From positions 40,858,001-40,922,000 of the forward strand of contig CM052841.1 in assembly GCA_028534125.1 (NCBI GenBank): a stretch of DNA of 64,000 nt. The letters are read 5' to 3'. The position numbers were made by a program, and so were the translations under genes. Shown one piece after another: positions 36,049 to 48,426 of this stretch (positions within the stretch are counted from its first letter, which is position 1; the number at the start of each line of letters is the position of its first letter). Under the pieces are notes generated by a model. The model was given only the letters and a program-made list of their open reading frames with translations. It had not been told where the DNA came from and searched no databases. The DNA comes from Lama glama (lineage: Eukaryota).

Positions 36049-38508
36049 GCACTGTTGAGAGTATGAAGATTAGTCCCAAGGCAGGAGGAGGGGGGTGGAG
36101 GAGCTGCTTACAGATAAGGGAGATGGGCACTAACACTTAACACAGAAAAGAGCTGCAAAGAGCAAGACAACAGTAGAAGAGAGACAATACAGAATTCACT
36201 TTCAAATGGGCAACTTTCCCTCCCTCCATTCCACCCCCTACCAGCAGGGCAAACAGCTTTCTCTTCATCTGTCTCAACCACTGGGTAGATTGTAAATCTC
36301 TTGAGGCAGAGATTGTTTACCTATATCCTCAAAACCCAGCACAGAAACTAGGTAGAGTAAAGCAGGATTTTTTTTTTTTTTAGAGACTTCAAATACATAG
36401 CTAAGGCTCTTTATCCTACAGAACTGTTTCTTTCAGTGAATCTGAAAGCTCTTCTAGTAAGTCTTTAGGATGACTGCTACTGCCAAGCCCCAACTCTGAG
36501 AACTGCCACAACTCCCAGTGGGAGGAAAAATGGAGTTGTCATTTATTCATGGTTTGTTCAACATATTCTAATCACTGCCTTCCCTTAACCGACTTCCAAC
36601 ATAAGGTCAGTCAATATTCTAACACTCCTTAATCCCACTAATCTCCAAACATTAACAAAAAATCACTCTTCTTTATAAAATATTGGAGGGGCATAGCTAC
36701 AAAGGGAAAAACTGAAAATACAGTCAAAGTGGTATCTTCAAAAAACTGGTTACCAGAATGTGTTAGAACTGGAAAGAAACTGCAGTCAGAAATACCCATT
36801 AGGAGGCATAATTGTCCTAATTTTAAAAATTCTTTATAATAGAAAACTTTAAATATACATAATGATGATTTTAACTCCATCACTCCATTTACATTTACCA
36901 TCTGGAAACTGCCAGTCAACTGTAAGCAAGAACCCTCCCTCTCCCCTATTCATTCATTTACTAACACATCTATTTATTATCGACGTAGACTCATAGATTC
37001 CTATTTTTTCAATGGTATATAATTCAAGCCTCATAAATAAGTTCTACTGTTTACTAAAACTGCCACCTACCAATCTGGAGTGCCTCTTATTTCGGTCTCT
37101 CCCTGTACTCTGTGTATGGGCCAGTTCATGAACCAAAAGACACTTTTTCTAATTTGCACAAATTCACTACCAGAATTCTATTTGCAAGTAGCAGCCCTAC
37201 CATCAATGCATGAATAACAGTAATGACACAGGCCACATGCACACCTCAGTCAAGCAGAAAGGCACTACAGAGGTTCCCAATAAATATCTATTGCATGACC
37301 TGTTAAATGAACAGAGCTTTATATGCCCATGGTAGATTCAGGAATCTACAGAAAAACAGTCACAATGAGTCTTCATATCCATAAAATCATAAGGACTTAA
37401 CAGGTAATTGAATTCAATGCCTTTCCTCCTAATACAGGGTGGTCTCTCAATCTCTAAACTCCTTCAGTGCTTTGCTATTTAGGGCATCACTCCACATGGT
37501 TAGGAAGTTTTTCCATTTCAGAGAGTCACTGTGAGGCTCACATGATACATGTGTTGACACTCTGTAAGTGCAAAGTGCTAAATATATGTAAGGAACACAT
37601 TCATTACACTGGGCTGGCATCTCCCTCCCTGTAATTGTCACTCACTGTCCAAGATCTGCCCTCCAAAGCAAATCACAGCATGTATCTCTCTTTCACAGAG
37701 GAGTACTTCTTGTATTTGCTGGCAGCTGAAGTGTTCTCTAGTTCATTGTAACCAGTTTTGACAACTGTTCCTCACATGTCAATTTCAGTACTTCCATTTT
37801 GTTTCGGACACATACATACACATGTTAACAGCCTTCTTAAAATATGGCACCCAAATTGAAAATAAATATAATCCTTCAAGTCTCAGCCTCTGAAAACAAT
37901 AGTTTAGACATACATAAAACAGGACTATTACCTGCACTGATGAATACACAACACTTCTGCTGCTGCAGCTAAAACTGGAAGGTTTTTAAGCTGTTACACT
38001 ACATGATGGCTTCAAACTTATGATCAAATAAAACTATCTTGTTCAAACAGTGTCAAAGTATCCTCTTCCAGAGGATAGGTGGATATACAGAGATAGATAT
38101 AGATATATAGATTTGTGATTTATCAAAACTTTAATCTTAGATAATAGTTGTATTATTATTTTTTTATGCCAGGTTTCCCTATCTTATACTTTACAAACCA
38201 CTTTTTCCCTCCAAACATAAATAAATGTTAAATTTTATCTCTTGGGTTCTAGCCCCTCATTTCAGCCTATCAAGATAATTTTGAGTACTTATTCTATCAG
38301 CTTGCCTATTATAAAACAGAGAGCATCAAACCTAAGTACACAAGCCACAAGTTAAATGAATCATTGACAGATCTGTTTAATTTTTAATCTACTAGTGAAA
38401 CTGCCAAATTGTATCACTCTTACAAAGCCAACTATGTGAGCATAAATGTAGCATTTTTTAACATCAATTTGCAAAGAATTATGCATGTTACTCAAAATGA
38501 CCAATCTA

Positions 38509-38733
<225 letters not shown>

Positions 38734-38739
38734 TTAATA

Positions 38740-40620
38740 TATATCAAACAAGACAAGAATGTCCATTATTATCACTTCTATTCAACATTATACTGAAGGT
38801 CCCAGCTACTATAACATGGCAAGAAAACAAAACAGGCATGAACGTTGGAAAGAAGTAAAACAGAATTTATTCACAGGTGATGGGATTATGTATGTAGACT
38901 ATCCACAAGAATCTACAATTAGAATTTCAAAGTAGTATCTAGGAAGAGATGTATAAAACCACTACACTGGAAAACAGCACTAAGAGAAATCAAAGACCGA
39001 AATAAATGGAGAAATACACTATGTACAGATTGGAAGCCTCAATATTGTAAAGATGTCAGTGCTCCCTAAATTTATCTAAAGATTCAATGCGACCCTAGTC
39101 AAAACCCCAGCAGCTGTGTGTGTATGTGTGTATGTCTGTGTGTATGTGTGTGTAACGGGAGCTGACAAGCTAATCTAACATCTCTAAGTAAATACAAACA
39201 ACCTAGAATAGCCAAGATAATCTTGAACAAACCTCGAGGATTTACACCACCAGATTTAAAGATTTACCATAAAGCTTCAGTAATTAAGACAGAATGGTAC
39301 TGAAACAAAGACAAAGAGACCAATGTAACAGAAGAGAGAGTCCTGAAAGAAACCTACACTGGTCACTTGATTTACAGCAAAGGCTCCAAAGCAATTCAGT
39401 GAGAAAAATGGCATTAATATTTATGACAAAGGTATTACTAGAAAACAATGAGGAAAAGATGGTCTTTTCAATAAACGATCTATGGCTCTACCTCATACAA
39501 TATACACAAAACAATTTTTAAATGGATCATAGTCTTTAATGTAAAAGGTAAAACAATAAAGCTTCTAGAAGAAAACAGAGTAACTTCATGAGTTTGAGGT
39601 AGCCAAAAATTTCTTAAACATAAAACACGAAAATATGAAAGTATTAAGCATAAGAGGAAAAAACTGCTTAATTGGGCTTGATTAAAATTAAGAACTTCTA
39701 TTCATCAAAAGACACCATTATGAGAGTGAAAAGACAAGATGCAAAAGGGCAGAGGCTATCTGCAATATGTACCTCTGACAAAGGACTCATATCCAGATTA
39801 CACAATGAAATCCTGTCCAGCAGTAAAAGACAAATAACTCAACTTAAAAAAAAAAAGGCAAGTGATGAAAAAGTTCTTATCACCATCAGTTATTAAGAAA
39901 ATACAAATTAAAACCATAATGAAACACTATACTCCCACCAGAATACCCAAAATGAAAAAGACTGACAAAAGCAAATGATGAGGACATAGAGCAACTGGAA
40001 CTGTCATACATTGTTGGCAAGATTTTAAACTGATATAATCACTGTTTGGCAACACCTACTAATGCTAAGTATACATCTCCCCAATGACCCAGAATTCCAT
40101 CTCTAGGCATATACGCAACAGAAATGAGTGCGTATGTCCACCGTAAAACAGATACAAAAAGGCTCATATCCAAGACCTAAATTTTTTTAAAAAGCTCGTA
40201 AATGTTGTCTTCATAATAGCCCCAAACTGGAAACTACTCAAATTTCCATCAAAAGGAAAATGGAAAAACTACAGTATAACAACATAAAAGAGTACTAGAC
40301 CACATATAAATGAACAAACTACCCATACGTGCAACAACATGGATGAATTTCTCAGGTATTATGTTGAGCAAAAGAAGCCAGACACTGTATGAATCCATGT
40401 AAATGAAGCTCAAAAATAGATAATACTAATCAAATGGTCAGAAAAGTAGTTACTTCTAGGGGTGAGTGGTTGACTAGGAAGTGGCATTAAGGAAGCTTCT
40501 AAGGTTCTAGAAATGTCTGTACACTATACTGATTCCTGTAGTGTTTACAGGAGCATTTACATAGGTAAAATTGAGATGAATTTTACATGAATATGTATGT
40601 TATAACTAATTTTTAAAAGA
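38740..40620 (+). mobile_element. L1 (L1MC/MD-like) decayed ORF2 end plus 3'UTR in XPA intron 1, antisense to XPA
   Basis: ORFs 39294-39521 and 39672-39896 resemble ORF2 (IKIKNFYSSKDTIMRVKRQ); many disruptions. Confidence 0.85.
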
Positions 40621-42359
40621 TACATTTAATATATATTAAGTCACTCCTCTTCTCTGGCCTCAATTTCTTCCTCTGTTAAATACAGGGATTAGCGTATGAG
40701 GCCTGTTTCTACTGTTAACAGCAATTCTCTCATCTCTCCATATCCCTCCATTACACTGAGTGCACTAAGCATTCCATGAATACTTACTGAATGGACAGAA
40801 ATAGATGAATGTACCAGAATATGATTTTGATTTCATGAACAGTGTAGCAAATGATTAAAATGACCACCAATGCAATGAGAATTAAGAAGGGAAGCTGGAA
40901 TAATCAAGACCATAATCTGAGCAGGATCCTGAACAATGCTAAATCATGCCAAAAACAAAGCCCAATTTCTCTCTACTTCTGTGCTTTGCTATTTTCCCAG
41001 GCCCTTAGCACTACTCTAAGCAACACATTCTAAGCAAGTTCCTCTCAGTCTTTTTAATGGCATATATCACAGCACACAGAAAATGAAAATTGTACCATAT
41101 ATTGAAATAGAAGTACTACAAAGATAAAATCTCAGCACCTACCTAAGTCTTGAAGCATGGCAGGGTGTACACAATGCTACAACACAGTTCAGGTCTTTGG
41201 TAAATGCCTAGGAAATCTCACAAAATATTCATGCTACCTTGCTTTCCATCATCAGAAATTTAACTTAATACCAGTTTATGTTCTATTTTGCACCCCTGTT
41301 TCACAGCCATTTAGTACAGATCTAGAAACCTTTCTGGAATCCTGAGTATGAATTAATGCAAATGAACAACTTATGCTCCTGACCCTAGAATGCTTCAAGT
41401 TGGGAACGGAGTAAAAGAAAACCACTAGAAAGCAGGAAGGATGAGACAAGAACCATTAAAAGCGGCTGGAATTTGCAGATTCAATACCAGTATGAATATC
41501 AAGACACGCAGCCAACCTCAGACTCTTTTCACTCTTCCTTACTTCTGGCTGATGAAAAGGCATAGCACATGACCCAGCTGTGACTGCTCAATTACTCTCA
41601 CAGTATGGATATAGGTTCAGGAACACACCTGCCTCATGTTGCAGAGATAGTCCTGAAGGACTACATGTCAACCAAACTATATTTTAGGTACCTTGGGGAA
41701 GATTATTAGTTGACCCCAGTGGAGAATTATATGATGGATAAAAACATACACAATAAGCAAACAGACAATAAAGCAAGCAGAAAGGGAGAGCTGAGGCGCT
41801 GGTCAAGGGCTGCCCTAAGAAAGAGGGAAGGTGAAATCTAGACAAGAGTAACAGCCTTTCTTCCAAAGGGTGAGAGAGAGGCCTAGTATGGCAGAGGCAG
41901 CTGGTGAGCAAAGAAAGGCCCTGAACCCATAGTCAGGTGACCTGAGTTCCAGTCCTGATTACCCTTTGCCCTTGCGGGGATGGACCGGAGCTAACCCCCT
42001 TTCCTTCTCTGGTTTTCAATTATCACCTCAGTCGAATACGGATACCAAACCCTGCCCTAATTATTTTCCAGGTTAGCTGTGAGAATCAAATCAGCTAAAA
42101 GGAAATATGTGAAGCACAACAGGTGCCACTCCGTTAGCCCCACGAAGGCAGTAGTTAATGTCTGTTTGCTCTGCTCAGAGCCCAGCACTTGGCAAGCGTT
42201 GGCCCGGTACGGAATGCGCACCCAATCACCCTTTGTAGAATGGGTGAATGAGGGAGCAGGTACAGGATTATTACTGAAATGGTTGCAGGCCTAAAAGCTT
42301 TACACAAGGACCACCCCTGGGACGGGTGGAAGCTGCGGTTAAGAGAGCAGAAAGGGAGA

Positions 42360-43010
42360 ACTGAGGCGCTGGCCCGCGAGGGCGGCTGCATTCTCAAACT
42401 AAAGACGGCAACTGCACCGCCCAGGTGCGGTGAGGAAAGGCCAGGGCTGGGAGTCAGGAGTCGCTCAGGGTCTTGGGCTGCCCGCTGTGACAAGGTCAGC
42501 TGCGCGAATTCCCTCCCGGGACTGCAGGAGGGTCTGCGAGCAGACGCGAGGGCAGTGGACGCCACACCCAGGACGCGGCACCCGGTCCGCCAGGAGAGAG
42601 AAGGGGCAGGCGCCGCCAAGGCCCAAACCTCCGGTAGCCGCAGCCGTCGTCGCCGGGTAAGGCCGGGCTGCCAGCCGGGCCTGGCGCAGCATCAGCGCCC
42701 GCTGCCGCTTCCGCTCGATGCTCGCCCGCACGGAGGCAGGTAGCTCCGCCGGTTGTCCTGAAGCCGCCGGCTCGGACGAAGCACCCTCAGCCTCCGCCAT
42801 CTCCAACCTCCTCAGAGAACTGGCGACCTAGCCCCGCGCACGCGCATTGGCGCACTTAAGCGTCCTAAAGGCACGAGCACCGCCTCCGCGCCGGCTCCAA
42901 AGCGCAGTCGCTGACAGAGAGCGCGCCTGCGCGATTTGACAAGCACGTGCGGAAGGGAGGAGCAGTGGGCGAAATCTGCGCATGCGTTGGGGCGGGGAGT
43001 ACCTGCCGGG
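42360..43010 (-). promoter_or_regulatory. XPA: XPA CpG-island promoter with three NRF1-type motifs (42835-42846, 42922-42933, 42977-42986), E-box CACGTG (42944-42949), GC box (42989-42997) and CCAAT (42846-42850, - strand)
   Basis: Dense CpG and GC content over exon 1; motifs read directly; no TATA box seen. Confidence 0.85.
42629..42800 (-). CDS. XPA: XPA exon 1 coding part: [57 protein letters not shown](G)
   Basis: ATG in a strong context (gagATGG); donor G|GTTTGG; 172 nt; NLS/RPA32-binding helix; inside ORF 42465-42806. Confidence 0.97.
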
Positions 43011-43084
43011 TTGTAATCCAGGGGAAGGGCTGATGCAGATATCAGTGTTCAGAAACTGGTCATCTTTAAAATAATAATTTCATT

Positions 43085-43290
43085 TTGTGGTTCAGAATGT
43101 AGGCTGTGTGGTCAGACTTGGGTTAAATCCTAGCTCTGACATTTAACATTTGCGTGACTGTTAGGAAGTTACTTAACCGGAGTTCAGTTTCTTCAGTAGT
43201 AAAGTGAGGATAATTACAGAACCACGTACACAGTTGTTGGGAGGATTAGATGTAACCTTTCAGCACAATGCTTGGCACAGAAAATGCTTC
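43085..43290 (+). mobile_element. MIR SINE immediately upstream of the XPA promoter
   Basis: gggttaaatcctagctctgac...aagttacttaacc..cagtttcttc..gtaaagtgaggataat core. Confidence 0.75.
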
Positions 43291-44115
43291 CAAAAATGAC
43301 GGTGGCTAGTGGTAACAATAGTGCCAATCAAGAGAGATCAGTAGATGATTGATTGGTCCGACACTACTTTGAACGCCTGGCCTAGGGGACAGTCTTAAGA
43401 TTTGAAATGAGAATACCTGGGTTTAAAGTCTTAGATTTGAAATGAGAATACCTGGGTTTAAACTCTCACTTGCTATGTGACATCAGGCAGATGCAGCACC
43501 CCGTACTAAGTCTGGTATGCATGAGCTTGGCTATCTTTTCCATGAAATATTTCTTCAATGTGGGTGAACTGCCACCAGGTAGACAACAAATTTGGTCTTG
43601 GGCCAAATTCTGACTTCCCAAAAAGTGTGGTAGATGGAGCAAAAGAAACATTGTATGCTTTTCCAAAAATACGCATTTTCTTTATTACAAATAATTGAAG
43701 CCAGAAAACTTTTAAGTTCTAATTACTACATAAACCATTTAGGACTAGTTTTTAGGATAAACTAGCACACTGAGGTTTCCTACTAATATTCAATGGTTAA
43801 AGTTTGAGAAGCACTACCTAGTGGTTCTAATCTAACAATTATATGTGTATAAAGCAGTTAAGTGCTGAGATCTTCTGGCAGAACTGGAGACAGAGACCTC
43901 AAGCCATTCCTACTCCCTTTCCCCTCAGATCCCTCTCACTTGCTACCCATTGATCTTGTCCAGGTGATAAAATCTCTAATTCTGTATGACATCAAAAGCA
44001 TGCACAGCAAAAGAAAAAACTTCATCAAAATTTAAAAACTTTTGTGCATCAAAGGACGCTATCAAGAAAGTGAAAAGACAACTCCCAGAATGAGAGAAAA
44101 TATTTGCAAGTCATA

Positions 44116-44531
44116 CACATCCCCCCCACCATCCAAAAGTAGAACATTCCTAAAAAACCTTTTGTAAGCTAAAATGGCATAAAGCGAAGAAGCCATTACC
44201 TTATGACACACCTTGCTAATGCACAAAATAAATCGAGATAAAGCACAGATGCTCACAGACACAGTTCAAAGCTATGGTGACTGGATGCTAAGATGCTGAG
44301 AGTGGTTCCCGGAGAAGGTGCTTAGTGGTGTCACTCTCTCAAAACGTGCTTCCTCTGTAACAGCTCACTGCAAAACAAACACTGAACGCTATTTTCACTT
44401 TGTCTTTTTTTTTCCACTGAAAGCAGAAATCCTCTTCAGATTTCTTTATGTTAGCAAAAACAGTTACTAATGAAGGTCTTTTCGTAAAAGCAAAGTGACA
44501 TAAAGTAAACTTGAAAAGTGGGGGATACCTG
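44116..44531. mobile_element. Non-autonomous TcMar/Tigger-type MITE with TA TSD
   Basis: Degenerate terminal inverted repeats (cacatccccccc..aaaagt / aaaagtgggggatacctg) flanked by TA at 44114-44115 and 44532-44533. Confidence 0.8.
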
Positions 44532-45304
44532 TATCTGAAAAGGGAACTCTTACAACTAAATAACAAAAAGGCAAAAAACACTGTTTTTAAATGAGCTAAG
44601 GACTTAAATACATATTTTTCTAAAGAAGATATACAAATAGCCAAACAAGCGTATGAAAAGATATGCAATATTAGTCATTAGGGAAATATGAATCAAAAGC
44701 ATCAGATCAAAAGTGAAGTGAGATACCACTTCATACCCATTAGGGTGACTAGAATTAAGAGGGGGAAAAAAGAAAATAACAAGCATTGACAAGGGTGTGG
44801 AGAATTGGAATCCTCATACATTGCTGATGGGAATATAAAAAGATGCTGCTGTGGAAAACAGTTTGCCTGTTCTTTAAAAAGTTAAACATATAGAATTACC
44901 ACACGAATCAGCAATTCCACTCCTGGGTAGAAAGAATTGAATTCAGTTCCTCAAATTGAAAACAGGTGTTCAAACAAAACTGTGCATACAAATGTTCATA
45001 GCAGCACTATTCACAATAATCAAAAGGTTGAAACNNNNNNNNNNNNNNNNNNNNNNNNNNNNNNNNNNNNNNNNNNNNNNNNNNNNNNNNNNNNNNNNNN
45101 NNNNNNNNNNNNNNNNNNNNNNNNNNNNNNNNNNNNNNNNNNNNNNNNNNNNNNNNNNNNNNNNNNNNNNNNNNTATGAAACATTCAGAATAAGCAAACC
45201 CAGAGTAACAAAAAAGCAGATTAGTGGTTGCTAGGAGCTGAGGGGAGAGGGAAATGAGAAGTGACAGCTTAGTAAGTGTGGGTTTCCTTTTGGGGTAATG
45301 AAAA

Positions 45305-46043
45305 CATTGCCGAAACATGGCCTCTGTACCCTACTTACTGAGTTGAGACTCCAGGACAAATTTTGGATGAAGTAGAAAAAGCAGCTTTCTTTCTTTGCCA
45401 GGCAAAGTTGGTCACAGTGGGCTAATGCCTCTAAGACTGTGAGCCTACTGGGGAGAGAAGGCAGGGAGTTTTATAGTAAAAGTTCAAGAATTTAAGGGGT
45501 GGAGCTAGTTTCCATAGAGATCACATAAAGGGTAACAAATTGTTACAAAGTTGTCCTTGTTTTTGTGGACACAGTGGTCCCCTTCCCTCTGCTAAGTATG
45601 AAGTTCACCTTCAGCTTTGGGACTCTATTAATATCCTTGTACCTAGAACAAAGAATGCATAGGAAGGGGCTCCCTGGAAAAGAGCTCTAGAGAAAAACTT
45701 ACGCAGTTTAAAGTCAGGTTGATAAAAGCTTTTAGCCTTTTAAGCAGGCTGAGGCCTGCCACTGGAACAACAGGATATAAGGAAATCACAAGGGGTCAGG
45801 AGGAGGGCACTGGGGTCACGAGGAGGGCAGTGAGGTAGGAGAAGGGCACTGGGGCAAAAGCAGGGCACTGAGCATGATCCCTGCATGCAGCATCAGCACC
45901 ACAAGAGGGTTGAGTGGACCATCCAAGACTCCCTTCTTTCCAGCCTAACCCTGGTCAGCAAAAGCATGAGAAAAACCTTTTAAACCATTATACAGTTAAG
46001 CAGTTACAAAACACTGATGACAAAAGGGTCCTGCTTGTTCACA
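45305..46043 (-). mobile_element. ERV1-class solo LTR (about 740 bp)
   Basis: 4-bp TSD AAAA (45301-45304, 46044-46047); ends in ..ttcaCA; TATAAAA on the - strand at 45475-45469; poly(A)-signal position reads AAGAAA at 45391-45386. Confidence 0.75.
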
Positions 46044-46299
46044 AAAATGTTCTGGAACTAGATAGTTGTGATGGCTTCACAACACTGTGAATGTACTACA
46101 TGTTACTAATGGTAAATTTTATTTTATAATAAGCTTTTTAAAAATTCAAATTCTGACTGGGCCTAGGCAGGTAATGGAAGTTAATGAATCTGTCCAGGTG
46201 TAGGACTCCAACAAACTGGCATGTAAGAGTTCCTCTTAAGGGGGGAAGTTACTGCCCAGTTCCAGTGGGTAGTTGCTGAATTTGGCCCATTGTTGCCCA

Positions 46300-46630
46300 A
46301 GTAACTACTTCTCAAAGTTTAGTGCACATATTTGTCCCCTGGTGATCTGCTTTGGTAGGTCCACGGTGGGACTCCAGACTGTCCATTTCTAACGAGCTCC
46401 ATGGTAGGGCTGCAGCTCCACCAACCACACTTTGAATAGTATGTGCCCTCAGGTTCTCAAACTTGGCTGTATATTGGAAGCACCTGAGGAGTTTTAAAAA
46501 CCATTGATGCCTGCATTCCCAGAGAGTCTGATGTCATTGGTCAGGGGTGGGATCTGGGCATCAGGGTTTCATAAAGCACCCTCCCCACCCCCATGATTCT
46601 AATGGGCAGCAAACCTTGAGAGGTAGCACC
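46300..46630. mobile_element. Two adjacent MER5A-like hAT relics
   Basis: cttctcaaagtttagtg..catttctaacgagctcc..cacactttgaatag and ggttctcaaacttggctg..tgattctaatgggcagc. Confidence 0.65.
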
Positions 46631-48385
46631 CTACATGACCTCTCTAGACTATACACAGCTCTAAGAATCTCTCAGGCTGCATAATATTTCTGGAAGACAA
46701 GGTAATTGTTCTCCCCGAAGGAAACCTTTTGAGAATAAATAGCCCCTAGAACTTCCTCCCCAACAAAGCATTCCAAGCTTGAGTACTGAAGGACGTGGAC
46801 CATAGCTCAGATGCTGTACAGGCCCTCGTGTTTTGTAACTCTCGACAACTTGTTGGGTTTCCTTTTACTGGTAACTCCCTCTCCTTGGGCTTCCTGATCT
46901 TTGTTAGTAAGTTTCGTGTAACTGGGTCTGAATTGTTAGCTGAGGCCTCAACCAAGCTAAGCCGAGACTCCTCCTTTAGAGAAAGGAGGCATGCGTGCCC
47001 CGATCTGTACATCCCACATGGTGACAGAGGCTGCAGGGCTTGCCTGGAGGACAGCAGCATGAGTCATCTTGGTGGGGGCCCAAAAGGAAAACAGGCAAGG
47101 AGAACAGACCGGTAAATGTGTTCTTGCCTCTCCCCATTCACAGTCTTGGGAAGAACCTGTGACTCCAGCTGTCTTCCTGCTTTGTACCTCTCTCATCTCC
47201 CAGACCAACTGTGATCCTGGCTGAAAGAGGGGTAATTAATAAAGCTCAGAAAGAACTGAAAGCCCTAACGGAGCTTGGGAAAGAGCAGGCAGGTAAGAAT
47301 GCAAGTCAGGAAGGGAACTGAGAAACTTGGCAGTGTTTCCTGACAGGCCTCCTCTCTGCGTGCATTACTGGGGTTATTCATGCCTGAGATGACAGGACGT
47401 GAACGTATTTGTCTTTATTATCTAGCAAAGAGTCGTGTGTGTGGCTTTCTTTTTTACTTTTATTTTCCCCGAGGGTCCCAGGGCTTTACCCCTTCATGTG
47501 GTCACTTTGAACATCATTGGCATAAATTCACAATAGAACACCTGCGGTAAGGAGCACACCAAGAGGGGAAGCTGTATAGGACGACAGCAGCACAGAAAGT
47601 AGCCTAACCCTGTAGACTTAAGCTGTATTGATTTAGTAATGCAGGAAATGCCGTCTCTTTCGGCTGTGACTGACCGCCCTTCTGGAGAAACTTAGATTTC
47701 AACCTCCCTGAACCAAAAAATTAAGGGAGTGAGGGAAAAATATCATATTGGAACCTTTATCCATGAAATGTGTGTGCAAAGGGATTTAGAAAAAATCTGA
47801 AAGACTCACAAGAATTTTCTTTTCAAGAAGGAAGGTCCAAAGGATTCAACAAAGAACAGAGCCTAGAAAAAATTATTATCAGCACTGGAAGCCAAAATCC
47901 TGTCACCTACTGACCAGCGAGGGCAGATGTTCCCAACTCTGCATTCCCCAAATCCTGAATGTGGCCCAGTGGACCTTGCTTCTTACTGCCTCTTCCAGGA
48001 AACCTGCCCTGACTCCCTTCTCTGGTTGCCTATGAACCTCATGTGTGCTGGGGTTGTGGCCCTTCCACACCAGACATGACACCTACATGCCATCCTTACT
48101 AGATTATCAGGTCCTCAAGAACTGGGCCCCTCTAGTTCACCCCAATATCACCAGAGCCTGGCCTAGTGCCTGGCACAGATTAGCTGCTCATTAAGTATTT
48201 GTTAAATAAACAGAAAAAATAATACTGAATAAGCCTAGCTGGATGTCTCATCAGCACCGTAAACTCAGGGTCCAAAGCTGAACCCAACAACCACTTCAGC
48301 TCTGCATATATACCGGTAGTGACAGAGAGCGCTCTACTTCAAAATAGCCTACTCCATTGTTGTCTAGCTTTGGCCATTATTTTTG

Positions 48386-48426
48386 TAATGATAATGATAA
48401 TAATAATAATAATAATAATAATAATA
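48386..48426. repeat. (TAA)n microsatellite at the end of a MIR (about 48430-48660, - strand)
   Basis: Direct reading; followed by the MIR core tagatgagacaactaaggcacagagg. Confidence 0.85.

Larger units (their letters stand above)
43960..46130 (+). mobile_element. L1 (L1MB-like) 3' portion interrupted by a Tigger-type MITE and an ERV solo LTR
   Basis: L1 ORF2/3'UTR motifs resume across both insertions (gcaagtcaTA|TAtctga and ggtaatgAAAA|AAAAtgttctggaactagatag). Confidence 0.85.

Noticed and set aside
42279-42743. 154-aa + strand ORF, plus ORFs 42155-42619 (-) and 42430-42660 (+), overlapping XPA exon 1/intron 1
   Set aside because: Stop-poor shadows of the CpG island; Arg/Gly/Pro-rich with no recognisable domain
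42801-42830. In-frame TTG/CTG upstream of the XPA ATG (the ORF track starts at 42806)
   Set aside because: An in-frame TAG lies about 10 codons upstream, the ATG has a strong context, and it yields the canonical 273 aa
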